From the human T2T-CHM13v2.0 reference genome, Homo sapiens, in assembly GCF_009914755.1 (NCBI RefSeq), contig NC_060927.1: 64,000 nt of DNA. The stretch is one strand, 5' to 3'. A program made the position numbers and the translations under genes. Below are positions 1 to 12,900 of this stretch, one piece after another. The notes beneath the pieces were generated by a model that saw only the letters and a program-made list of their open reading frames with translations, did no database searches and had not been told where the DNA came from. The stretch's first letter is position 1, and each line of letters begins with the position of its first letter.

Positions 1-929
1 GTCAGTCAATGGCAGAGCCAGTACTGGGGCCTAGGTGCACTGCTCTTTCCAGGATGGTGTTCTTATTTGTTAATTAGGGTGAAAACCTCCTAACAGAGCT
101 GAGTGAGCCCCTAAGCAGGTATTGTGTACATGCAAATGCTTGGCGCCATAAAGAATGTGGGGGCCTGAGAAACAGCTGGTGGGGGCCAGAGAAACAGCTG
201 GCAGGTCCTAAGAGTCCAAGAATCCCACTGCTGCCAGGAAGGATTGCCCATTCTCGGGAGGGCTCTGGACAGAAAAGGGCAGCATGAGCAGAGGGAGAAG
301 AAAGAGCTGGCAGGGGAGGGGTCCTGCCAAGAGCCTGGGAAGCGGGCATCCCGCAGGTGGGAAACCAGCAGTGCCCACCGTCTCAGAGGGAGCTGGGCTT
401 GGGGGGTGGGGTGGGAGGGAAGAGTCTGGAATTGTGTCTGGGAGGGAGAGCCAGGGAGGATTGGCACTGTTTGGCCTGAGAATGGCTCAGACTCCCCCAC
501 CTCACCCCTTCTGGGACTCCAGAGCTGAGCTCATTCATATGCAAATCCCTTCAGCAACTTGGAGGCTGGGCCCCAAACAGTTCAGGACGGGAAAATAGCC
601 TGAGGATGGGAAACACAAAGGGTTGCTGTGTTCTTCTGTGGCAGAAGCTGCGTGGCTCCAGGTGTGTCATAGCCAGGACGTGGGTGAAGGCAGTGATGAG
701 GCTTGTGCTGAGTGGACAGAAGGGGCCGCCTTGGGCCAGTGTCTTCCAGCAGAGTTTCAAGGATTGTGAGCTGCTGTGTTCCTGTGACACTGCCCAGGAC
801 CTTGCCCTGACTCAGGCTAAACTTATATCCTCAAATCTTTGCACAGAAATCCTACAAGAGTGCTGGAATAAGGACCAACTGTCATAGCTCTGCCACTCAT
901 ACCTCAGGGGTCACTTAAACCTCCCCAGG

Positions 930-1330
930 CGGTAGGTGTGCTGGAGCCGGCAGCTCACACCAGTTTATAAGAGCCAACTGTCAGCTTTTCAGAGATTTTG
1001 CTACCCTGTTGTTAAATCCAGCCATCATCAAGTTTCATAAACTTAAAATTAAGTACATTCTATTAGAAACCAGTTCTATGAAAACCAGTTCTGTGAAAAC
1101 TCATTACTTCCTAATTATGTGATTGTTCTATGCTCTATGCTCTGCGGGCTCTCTGTGTCTGTGCTATCTGAATGTCGAATGATAAGCCACTGCGCATCTC
1201 TTTGCCCCCATTCCCTGCCCCCACCCCCCAATCTGGTTGTTAGCACCCATGCCCCTGTCTCCAGGGCACAGTTTTCACAAATGTAAAAAGTGGACATTAA
1301 TACTCTGAGCATCAGGTCAAATGAGATTCG
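930..1330 (+). mobile_element. MER63-like hAT DNA transposon fossil
   Basis: Begins ggtgtgctggagccggcagctcac...gagccaactgt, like the MER63 5' end. Confidence 0.6.
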
Positions 1331-1419
1331 GGGCATGAAAGCAGCTTGTAAAGCCTGCCATTGGCTGGCAGCATTTAACAGGAACCCTGTTTTCCAGTCT
1401 CCCATCCCGCCCCCCATCT

Positions 1420-1872
1420 GTACCTCTCAGTCTTCATTCATGTTCCTGCCCTCCAGCCACACTGCCATCCTTGCTATTCTTCAAACACACCAGGCACTTT
1501 CCACCTGAGGGCACTGAATGTTCCCTCTGGTTAAAGTGCCCCCCCAGGGTAGCCCCCCCAACAAGAAAGCCACATGGCTAACCTTCTTACCTGCTTCAAG
1601 TGTTTGCTCAAATGTCACTCTCTCAATGAGCACCATATTTAAATCAGAGCCCCCATCTCAACTCATGCAGAGCCCTGCTCTATTTTATTTTTGTCCATAA
1701 ACTTATTACTTAGTACATAATTTAGTTATGTATTATGTTTAGTGTTTATTGTCTGTTTATCCCAGTGCAATGTAAGCCTCACTTCAGAGATTTCTATCTG
1801 TTCTAATTACTGCTGTACCCTAAGCTCTAATAAATTGTAGGCACTGGATGAATATTTGTTGAATAAATGAAT
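1420..1872 (+). mobile_element. L2 3' fragment
   Basis: ctccagccacact...gaatatttgttgaataaatgaat L2 terminus. Confidence 0.7.
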
Positions 1873-4454
1873 ACCTCTTCGTCCCTTAACTTTTCCCTTT
1901 ATAAGCACATCGAAGTAAAGTCAGGCACTGCTCTTCACCAAGGTGTTTTCAACAGCAACCTGTAATATACTCAAGCACAGAGATATGCACCCCATGTGCA
2001 CCCACACCTGGGACCTTCCCAGCTCACACTCACCCACATGCTCTTCCTCAGCACTGCGAGCTTCCTTTTGTTTTCCATCACCCTGAAGCCTGTGCTGTTT
2101 GCACTTTTGGCATAAAATGAGCTTTCATTACACTTTCCTGAAGCAAGCTCATTTTCATTTTCTAATTCTTCTGAATAAGCTAGAATTGGTGTTTGGGTCC
2201 TGGTGTCTCTGGAGTGGGAGAATTCCACCGGAGACTACAATTGAAATTCATGAGAAATGTTTACCCATTTCTCATTTCCTTCTGGGGCCAAGGCCTCCTG
2301 TCCACTCCCAGAGAATGAGCAGAGTTATGCAGTAGGTGAAATGAGTTCAGCCGGAAGGTCGAGGGCATGTTCTAAGTAAACACAGAGCATTGCACAGAAA
2401 TTAGGAGCTTAGGGGTCAGAAGAGTCCCACTTGGGAGCGACTTACCTCTCAATTACACAGCAGGATGCAGACTGACCCAATGTGGCCTGAGGGAAGGGGC
2501 ATTGGACTGGGAGTCACAGACCATCAGAACTGGAAGGGTTTGGAGAGGCCAGCTGGTCCAGTTCCCTCATCAGGCAGATGGGGAAACTGAGGCCTTGAAT
2601 GAAGACGTGACTTGCCCAAGCTCTCAGCAGGAGTCAGCAGCTGTTTTCTAGGCCAGAGCCCTTTCCACTGCCAGGAGACATGTGCCTTTTCCTGTTCTGC
2701 CCAGGACTGTGCTTTCTACTGGAGAAAACACAGACATAGGCCCTGAACTCATGGGGCTGGCAATCTAGTGGGAATGAGCTTGAGCTCATCAGAAAGGATG
2801 TACTACAAGCAGATGATACAAGCACTTGCAGATTCACTGTAGTTCAGACTCCATTTTCTATTATTTTTAAAAAACATTTTTTTCTCTCAAAGGATAAAAG
2901 AGAACGTTATTTAAAATAATCTAGACAATATAGGGACCCTCAAGGACCTTCTGTTTTACTAAATTTTATGAAATCATCTTGACAAATAGAGTATTGTTTC
3001 AGGAATAATGCATGGCCAGGAAACACAACAGGACCCCTTCCACAGTAAAGCCTGTTCTGAGGAAGGCTGCATGGAGACACAGAACCATGACTTGGGGAGT
3101 TAGAAGAGCAGGGATTCAAGCCTGGCTTTCCTGCAGAGACTTGAACAAATTCACTTGTACCTGTTTCCTTTTTTGTAAATTAGGTGCAATAATCCGTGCT
3201 CTTCCTATTCCATGGGAATCAAATGAGTTAATAGATTAGAAACTGCTGTAAAATGTGTGTTTCTACAAGGTAAATACAAAGGAGAAATAAATAACCTCCT
3301 GCTTTCGAATAGTGCTTTGGAAGCACTTTTCCATAAATTGCTAGAAAAAACTCAGTAACATTAGCAAGGTCATACATAGGCAGTCAGTGGTAGGGTCAGA
3401 GTTGATAAGAAAACTGACATTCATTGAACATCTGGTGATACCAGGCAGACACTTTATTACTCATACCATTGCCTTCATTACCACTATAATAGTACTTTTG
3501 AGCTAATTAGAGATGTGTTGGACATATGACATTAAAGCATTTACTTCATTTGGCATTCACAGTAAGTCTATGAAATAAGCATCATTATTATCTCCATTTT
3601 ACAGATGGAGAAGAAAATCTTAGCAAGGTTAAGCAACTGCTCCAGTAAGAAGTGGAGGCAAGACTTGACGCTGGGTCTGAATGACTCCAAAGTTTGAGCT
3701 CCCAACCACTGAGCACAACTGCGTTTTGCAGTACTGATTCCACTTAGACCCTCATGTCATTCAAATCCTCCCACAACCTGTGAGGAAGACGTTGTATTCA
3801 TTAGGAACTCTTCCTTTCAACTGATGACAAAACCATTGCTGAGGGAGATCAAGGAGCTTCACCAAGGTTCCTCACTCAGATGGTGGCAGAGACAGAATTT
3901 AATCCTCACTGTGTTAATCCTCTCTCCATCACTGTCTCTGTGCTCTTTCTACACCCACTCTTACAACTCTTTAAGCTCTGTCTCAAAATTTAGACCAGCA
4001 TTTCCAGCTGTATTCAAAACTCAATGCACTTCAGTGCACTCTATATCTTTCTAAATCTACACATCTTCACGTTCCTGATCTCAATTTCTGGGTAAGTAGC
4101 CAATAAGTTGTCATAACTGGGGCTTAAAGCCTCTGATTCCTCCTTTTTCCTCTCCCATACGCAGCCAGTTCCTGTGGAGTTTACCTCTGCACATCCTACC
4201 TGCTCTTCCATAGCTGTCCAGGAGGCCTGTGGGCTTTCTTGAAGTATACTACGCTCCACATAGTCATATCCAATCTATTTAGCACAGCCACCTAAATGGC
4301 CTCATTCAGCAGCTCCAGTTTATTTTGACTTTACTAGTCCTTGACATCCCTCATGTAGCTCCAGATTAACCTTCCTCAAGCATACCCTTGACTGTGTCAC
4401 ATCCCCGAACCCCACTGCCCCACCCCTCCGCCACATCACAGCTTCTAATTGGAC

Positions 4455-5000
4455 GTCCTAGACTAAAATGCTAAAAGATGCCAGGCAGAAAACATAAATG
4501 AGTGAAACAAGCTGCTATGAATTCTTTAGACAGAAATATACACTTTGCGTGTTAAATACAGAGGGATATTCTTCACTCTGCAAAGAAATTTTTCCTGAAA
4601 TACGTGTCTTTCTCAAGAACTTTCAACTTTTCTACTTTTGATAGAGACACTGGGGAAAAATGATTCACTTTCTTTACTGTAAAATCAGCAATGGTGCCAT
4701 TAAGAGGCCAGAAAGCATTAGCATGGGGGAGCTATAGAGAATGGTGGGGACCCTACCCACAAGGCCACCTCTTCCTGGTGTTGGCTGATTGCTGAAGGCA
4801 GGAAGCTGCAAGAGTTGCCAGATTTTCTAATATTCTAAGAGAACTTGGAAATGCAGATTGTTGTGTGAGATCGGAAATTTTATGTTGTCATAATTCTTTC
4901 TTTTTTTACACCCCCAAATCATAGTATAAGTTAATATTAGGCTGGCCAACAAAATCCATCTGTGAAATTAATTCAACCTTTGACCACACGTATGTGATTT
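4455..5000. mobile_element. MER102/Charlie-like hAT fossil
   Basis: gttgccagattttc...agagaacttggaaatgcagatt...gtgag motif typical of MER102-type elements. Confidence 0.45.
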
Positions 5001-7660
5001 GGGGAGCACATGCTTAAACCCAAATTTACCAAACATTTCTCAGTTGACCCTCAGATAACCTTTCTGGGCTTTACATCTCCCCAAAACATGCCAACTCTGA
5101 TTATTCTCAGTTTTGCATCATTCCCATCCTCTTCAACCTCCCTGCTTTGATGGTAGCTCTGCTAAGAAATCCTACTTAGAGAACTGCACTGCCAAATTAT
5201 TATTTACCTCTAAAGACTAATCTCAAACATCAACTATTTCCAAAGCCCTCCCTGGCCATCTAAAAATGACCACTCCCAAACTTATATACTGACTGATAAC
5301 CCTTGTGTTACTTTGTCTGGCTTTATTATGCACTTATTTCATTATATTCTATGGAACCGTGAATTCCTTGAGGACTTTATAGTTCATTTTACTGCGAAGA
5401 ATTCTTTTTACTGATCTTTGCAGACCCAGTCTTTGGCATAGTGTCCAGCTTATGGTAGATTTTCAATAGGATTACTGTGCTTCATTCCATAGACAATGGG
5501 GAGGCATTGAAAGATTTTTAGAGTAGCATAATCAAAGCTATGTTCCAAGAAGATCCTTCTGGATACTCATAGAAGGTAGGCTAGATGGGGAGAGGCTGAC
5601 ATCTGGTAGACATATAGAAGGCTATTACAATAGACTAGTTGAGAGGAATAAGAATTGGAACTAAGGAATTAGCAGTGGAGAGGATGGAAGAAATGTCGAA
5701 TACATCAAGGATATAGGGTTAAAAGGAGAACAGTGGCATTGCATTACATAAACATGTCACAGATGCTATTAAAATATTACACATGGTGACATAAAGAGAA
5801 AGAAAGAAAGAGAGTGCAATCCAAATGCAGATGATTTATGCTTCCTTTTACAGTGAATAGATGCCATGAAATGAACTTGAAATTGGAACGTGTAATCTGC
5901 TGTTCTCTTGTTGGTTCTGGTTTCTAACTATCTAGACTCTCTCCATAACTATAGCTTCATAGTTTCTTTGTAAGTATAAATGGACCACTTCATCTGGTGC
6001 TCAACCAAAGGAACTTTAATTTCTTGCATTTTTGGAAAAAAATTCTTTTCTGGGCATCTAAAAGATAATGCTTTGCAATATTTAAGGGATTTTTTAATGG
6101 TAAGTTTGACTAGAGACAATATTTGTCTTATGTTACAACATAAAAACTAGTCATTCACAAGATGGGACTTTGCTGTTTTTTAATCTGTTAAATAATTCTG
6201 TTAAATAAATAGAAGAAAAGACTGAGAATCTTAAGATGTAAATTCTAATACAAGCATGATGTTGGCCAATCAACTGCCCTTCCCTGGACTTTGGACATGT
6301 TGATCATGGGGTTGGATCATGATTTCTAAGGTCTTAGATGCACAGAACATCAAGGCAAAGTAGACCTTAGAGACCATCTGGTTTAACCGTTTGTATTTGA
6401 AAGAGGAGGAAACAGAGTCCATTTTAGGTGCAGTCATCTGCCCAAGGTTAATGAGTATAGAATGACACCCAGGACCCAGGCTGCCTGACTCCCTGACTAG
6501 TATCTGTGCTTTGCCTCTTGCCTGCAGCATTAACCAGCCTTGATTCGTATGCCTCATCCGTACACTACAGGAATCTAAACATTGCAGCCCCATGCCAAGG
6601 AAGCAGATGCTGCTGTGCAGATGTGCATGAGTCTTGAAGACCAAGAACTGTGGGAAATCAGGCAGGAGAGGAATTTTCATAAATGTGAGCATCCGGACCA
6701 CAGACTTGGGAGTCCTGCTCTTCTTCAGGCTACTGATGAGCAGTATGAGCAGTTCCATCATCATCGCCCCTATGGGCCTGGGTGGGAAGGGCAGCTTGTG
6801 GGGTTGGGCTGGGCTGGAAAATGTTCCTGTGAGTTGGAAGGTTTCTTAAACCTACTCCTATGTAGGCCTGGGAGGAGAATTTAGTCATAGAGGAAAAATG
6901 CCTCAAAACAGGGAATTTTATCCTGTCAAAGGCAAGTCAGTGATATTTTAAGTTTCTTGGTAAAGGACAGTGTTGGCATGATATGTTTACAAGTTCTGTG
7001 ATGACATACCACCAAGGCATCCCCAGCAGGCTGCAGGCTCCTACTGGAGTGCTTGCAGTTATGCAACATTGAGAAGCAGCTGCTGTAAACATACGATTTC
7101 TGTTTTCTGGTGTTATCCTGACTATGATAAGGAGTGTTTGGTGGGGTCATCTTGGAAGTTCTGGTGAGGAGGATTGGGATTACAATTCCAGAATTGAAAG
7201 GACCATGGGGATCATCTTGTTCCATCCTCTCACTGAACAGAGGAAAAAACAGAATTTTGGAGAGGGATGTGGATTTACCTGGGGGCCACATGGCATATTT
7301 GCGCTTTTATTCAGATGGAAAGGGAAAAGCTTCTCTTCCATTTATAGCCAGAAAAAGCATATATGCTAGGGGCTAGCATTGGCCAGGCGATTAGAAAAAG
7401 TCAGTGGGTTTCAACTCAGTGTGGAAGACTTCTGGGTTTGGGATTTCAGAGGCAGACTGCTCACCCACTCTCTGAACTCTGACCTCCTCTTCTGTCCAAT
7501 AGGAATGTGGCCAGAGCAGCAAGATTCAAGCCATAATCCCTCAAGGTGCTTCAGGGTAACCAAGAAGGATGAGCAAGCAAAACCACCTTCAGCTAGAGCA
7601 GCTCACTTCTGTCTCTTCTCTACGTTGGGCCTAACTGAAGATTTTCAAGAAGAAAATGTG

Positions 7661-8076
<416 letters not shown>

Positions 8077-9737
8077 TCACTGGGTGTGTGTAGGCAGGGG
8101 CACAGGGTGGTTTCCACATGAGCACCAGTAGTCAGCCAACTAGCATGCAGCATCCTGCAGAGGGGAGGCCTGCTGGTGCCCCACGGCTGTTGGAACCTCT
8201 GCAGAAGGCTAATGCTGACATTAGGGTGGCCTTCTGGAAGAGAGTCAGCTGTGCAAGCACAAGTGGAGAAGTCTATCTCACCTCCCGCCGCCACCATGTT
8301 AATCTCTTCTTTGAAAGGAACTGGAAAATTGTCCCAACTCACAGATGCAAGGACTGTAGGGCACTTCAGGTAGGCAGCTCAGTCCCTAAGTTGCCTCAAG
8401 TAGACTACTTCTCTGTTATGCCCAGAGGTCATCTGTCTAATTTTGGAGCAGAGAGGGTGCTGTAAAATAATATTCTTCTCCACTCCATGTCATTTGGGGA
8501 GTTAGTGACAGATCTGAGACCAGAAAAGGCATTTCCTGAATTCCATGTAAGGGCCCAGGACCATGCTGCCCCTTCCAGAGGGCCCATGTCCATCTACTTG
8601 TGGTTTCAGGAAGGAGTCTCACCACTCTAGATAGAAACCATCAACCAATTTCCAAAATATTCTCTAGCCAAGAAAGTCAAGCTTTGGATAGAAATCTATT
8701 CCAGTGTCTTTAATTCAGTGTTAGAAGAGGTCTTCAGATTATATTATTGCTCTTGAAAAGTATCATCATTTTTTCCCATTAACAAAATGCTGCTTTATGT
8801 CAGCTGCTTCATCTGCCTTCCTTGGATACTCCACTTATTTGGAGCAAAGAAATGAGCTAAATCCTCTCTTGTGTGTTTATCATCTTGATGAAGGAGACCT
8901 AACAAGGTTAAATTTGTCTTCTGTCTGAAAAAGAATCAAACTTAAGAGAAAGAGTTTCTCAATGACTATGAAGTTAAGAGTCAAATCTTAAGGAGGAGAG
9001 GGGGCAAATTATGAGAAGAAGTCATCCCTACAACTGAGCAAAAAAATTCTATAATTTCTGTGATCTTGAGCCTCAGGTACCAATAAAAGCTATTGGCACT
9101 GACAAAATTTCTAGATGGTTAGCATGTTTGAAAGTAGAGAAAAATGTGGTTAGAAAGTTCATATCTAGCCTTGTCTAAATCCATGGAACTTATTGTCATA
9201 TTAAACCAGTGTTTGGTAATTTTTCTTCCGGTTAAGACAACTCTCCAACCAAAATACTAAAGAATGCCATGATTTTGTGACCAACATTATTTGGGGGAAT
9301 GGGCCGGGAGATTCCACTTAGCCTGAGGACCCATACCTACAATCCATCTTATCCTGGAGTTTAACTCTGGATAACCCTTTTATCCTGAAAAGCGTAACTG
9401 GCCTTTTTGTCAGAAAGTTCAGTTTAGGATGATACATACTCATGGCCTCAGTGAAGACCCCCCTGGTTGATCCTTGTGACCCTGAGAAATTTGTTCTATT
9501 TTTAATGAATTTGTAGAAATCGCATCTAGATTACCAATCCGCGTTGTCTCTTAGAGCAACCAGTTCCACATTTTCTCATTCTTTATCAGTTAGTCTTTAT
9601 TGCCATCACTGTTTTCTATCTTGTGCAATGGCTATTTTCAAGACTCATCTTTCTTTTTAAGGGACCAGATCTTTTGTGTCCTAAAATTTCCACCGTCCCT
9701 AGCACAGGGCATTCTAAGAGGGCATCATCCCATATAG

Positions 9738-9930
9738 CAGTGGTTCTGGGACATTGAACAACATCTGGACACATTTATGATTGCCATAACTGGTGGGGCC
9801 GGGGCTGCTACTGGCACCTAGTTAGGGTAGAAGCTAGGGATGTTGCTAAAAATCCCACAATGCTCAAGACAGCTTTTCTCAGCAAATGATCTGGTTCAAA
9901 ATATCAGTAGTGCTGAGGTTAAAAATCCCT
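9738..9930 (+). mobile_element. MER20 hAT-Charlie element
   Basis: cagtggttct...gctactggcacctag...gggtagaagctagggatgttgctaaa...aatatcagtagtgctgaggtt. Confidence 0.75.
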
Positions 9931-11265
9931 ACCATGGAACACCAATTTTGGAAAATTTTTAGACGCAGAGACCTATTGTAAATGGGACATTGCAGGCAGA
10001 CCCAACATATACAATGACAATACTCTACATATAAAATAAGCGGAAGCACAGTGCCTTTGTATGCCTCTGCTGTATCTTAGGCTCAGTGGAGAATAGCTTG
10101 GGAGTTGTTTGGTGTAGACAAAAGAGCATGTGATTCAAAAACACAAGGCATGGGTTTGAGACCTTAATCCGTCACTTACCAGATGTACAACCTTGGGTGA
10201 GTTGCTTAACCTTCCTGGGTTACTTCTTTACCTGTGAAATGGGGTCATGGCTCCTGTCTCAAAATTGTTTTAAAGTTTGATTGAGATTATAATTGTAAAA
10301 GCACCTTGTAAACTCACTTCTCTGCTGTTGACCAAATATTCTGGTTAATACAAGGTTAATTCATGTTGAATTACTGGCTATGGAATAATGAGTCTACAAT
10401 AATACTAAAAATATCTAAATGCTCTAGAGTTGTTTGATGAGAACCTCTTTCAGGAAGCTGGAGAGAGCTTAGAAGGTAGGTTCTTAGGTCTCCACGTCTT
10501 TTTTAACTAGATATAACTGCAATAAACTTGATCCCTTAGAAATATTCTGACCTTTTTCAGCCTCACTTTAAAAGAAGAACAGCTTCCCACCCATGGAATT
10601 TTTTTTTTGTGGGGGGTTCTCTAAATTCCAGGGTATATTGTTTTGATGTGGTCCTGCTCTTCCCCCATATTTACTTTTTACATCTACTTCTGATGGTGAC
10701 CGTCCCCTTCCTACCCACACTTTTTGCTGATAAAATGCAAACTACTTGGCATGACATTCAAGGCCCTTAAGAATCTCGCCTCCACTCACCTTCCTACTTC
10801 ATCTCTGACTCTTTACTACTGTATATCCTGCACTTCCCAAATACTTGATCTTTATTTGGGAAATTGGACAATGCTTTCTAATGCCTCAACTTTGGACATA
10901 ATTATGGTTCTCTTTCCATGATTACTGCTTACTCTGAGGTCTCTGCCCTTTTCTGCTTGTTGAATTAAAGGTGATCTTGGAACAGAGGCTGGTAGAAACA
11001 CTAAAGGCTTTGAGAACAGGAAGAAAGAAGGGATGTTGTGTTGGGCTGAGTCATACTCTATCAATCAGCTTCAGTTTCCTTCATGGACCTTTCTAGTTCT
11101 ACCCATCAGCTTGCACTTAGCTTTCCACCTTGACCTGAATTCATACCGTTGTGATGTTGTGTGTCTCTCTTACTATATGCCACCCTGGAAGGGTCTAATT
11201 TCATATTGCCTTGTCTAAATCCCAGAAGAGAGCCTGGCCCAGTTAGGGGACATCAGGAGTCTCAC

Positions 11266-11497
11266 CTTCACATAGTCATATTCACAAAGGTAGGAGGATT
11301 CCAAGTTGAAGTGCATGAAGTAAAGCTTGATCCGAAACCCATCTGGGACAGTGATATTCCAAGTCACCTCTGAATCACTGGGATAGGAGTCTGGATAACC
11401 AGGCGACTGGATCTGGCCAAACATATTGTTTAGCTCCACGGTGTGGGCTGAAGCCTTTGACAGGGAGAAGCACAGAGCATAATAGAGAAGCAGCCAC
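11266..11497 (-). CDS. MASP1: MASP1 exon 2: signal peptide plus N-terminal half of CUB1 domain
   Basis: Translates (R)WLLLYYALCFSLSKASAHTVELNNMFGQIQSPGYPDSYPSDSEVTWNITVPDGFRIKLYFMHFNLESSYLCEYDYVK, matching human MASP-1/3 as I recall it. Flanked by tcatgtctttCAG| acceptor and AAG|GTGAGA donor; 232 nt. Confidence 0.98.
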
Positions 11498-12219
11498 CTG
11501 AAAGACATGAATGTAGGTCTACTTACATTTATAAACACAGGCCCCTGCCATTCATCTCAATCACAGCCAGGAGAACAAGATCTCAGCATGTCTCTGTCTC
11601 TGGCCTGCCGTAATTAGCTTTCCCCTTCTGACCTTGCCTCCTCAGTCTGTATTATGGGAATATAGTAACTAGATAATTTCTAAGATTTCTTCTGGTTTTG
11701 CTCATTCAAAGCTCTGATAATAGTGTTAACTTAAACTCCTAGAAAGTATCACATTTGGGAGTCTGACATTTCCATTTTACTGTTGAAAATGTAATTTTCA
11801 TAATTAAGTAAAAGTTGATATTTCTTTAGCTCAGCCTCATTTAACTCTTGATTCTCTTTTTGAAAAAGTAAATGTTATCATACTGGGTGAGGCTTAAATG
11901 CATTGATGGAATCTGTAGTACCTTAAACAGATTTAACGTTGAAAATGGTATTTCACCACAAACTCAGTCAAAGTATGCAAAATCTTTAATAAAGAAAGAA
12001 TAAGCAAAGCAAGTTTTCTTCCTCTTGGTAAAAGGATCAAAAACCTACAACTTATTCCTGTAGGAATCAGAGATAATAGACTAATAAAGAGTTGCAAAAG
12101 AGACAAGGAAAATTCAATAAAACTTACAGAGCACGTCACCATGGCTGACGCAATAACGAGGCAGAATGACTAAGGCTGGTCAAAGCCCTTCTGGTCAGTC
12201 TGTACTCACCACACCAGGC

Positions 12220-12900
12220 TTCTGTCTAACAGACCGATTCCCCTGTGAGGTCCAGTAACCTTGAACTTAATGGGCCCAAACTTGCCTCATCACTCCTCTC
12301 CTAATCTTTTCCTGCTCTCATTTCTGATTTCTGTTCATGGTACTACCATCAACCAGTTCCCTGGCCTGAACTTTAACCATTCATCTTTTCATTTACCCCA
12401 GAGTCAAGAGTCACCACGTCCTACTTATTCTGCTTCCTGTGTTTTGGAAATCCATCTCTCCTCCTCTCCAGTTAATTACATAGTTTACATTCTCCTATAT
12501 GGCTTATTGCTATAGCATCCTAACTGATATCCCCAACCCACCCACCAGCAGTCTTCTGCCAAAGCTGATTTTCTCAAACACAGATAGGACCACACTGTTC
12601 TACTGTGTCTGCAGGGTAAAGCGTCTGCTCCTGGGATGGCTGTTGAGGCCCTTTTGATCTGGCTGATCTGTCCTTCCCACCTCATCTCAGTAGCCAGCCC
12701 TGTGAGCCCCCTGTTATTCTGGGAGCACACCATGCCCTTCCATTCCAGCCTCATTGCATGTGCCCTGCTCACTCCTCACCTACTTATCCTCCACTGTCTT
12801 GCTTATCCTCCACCATCCAGCTCAGAGCTTCCCAGCTATGGAGTATCCTTTCACTCCTCCACAAGCCACTGCTCCCTGCACATTTCTCTATTATTGTGGG
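12220..12900 (+). mobile_element. L2 fragment
   Basis: Typical L2 pyrimidine-rich 3' region. Confidence 0.6.

Noticed and set aside
6270-6884. Overlapping 164, 100 and 71 aa ORFs; considered an RTP-family or processed pseudogene
   Set aside because: No recognisable motif (no RTP zf-3CxxC pattern), polyA or TSD; part overlaps a MIR.
11215-11538. ORF-track 107-aa ORF as a standalone gene
   Set aside because: It is MASP1 exon 2 plus intronic read-through on both sides.
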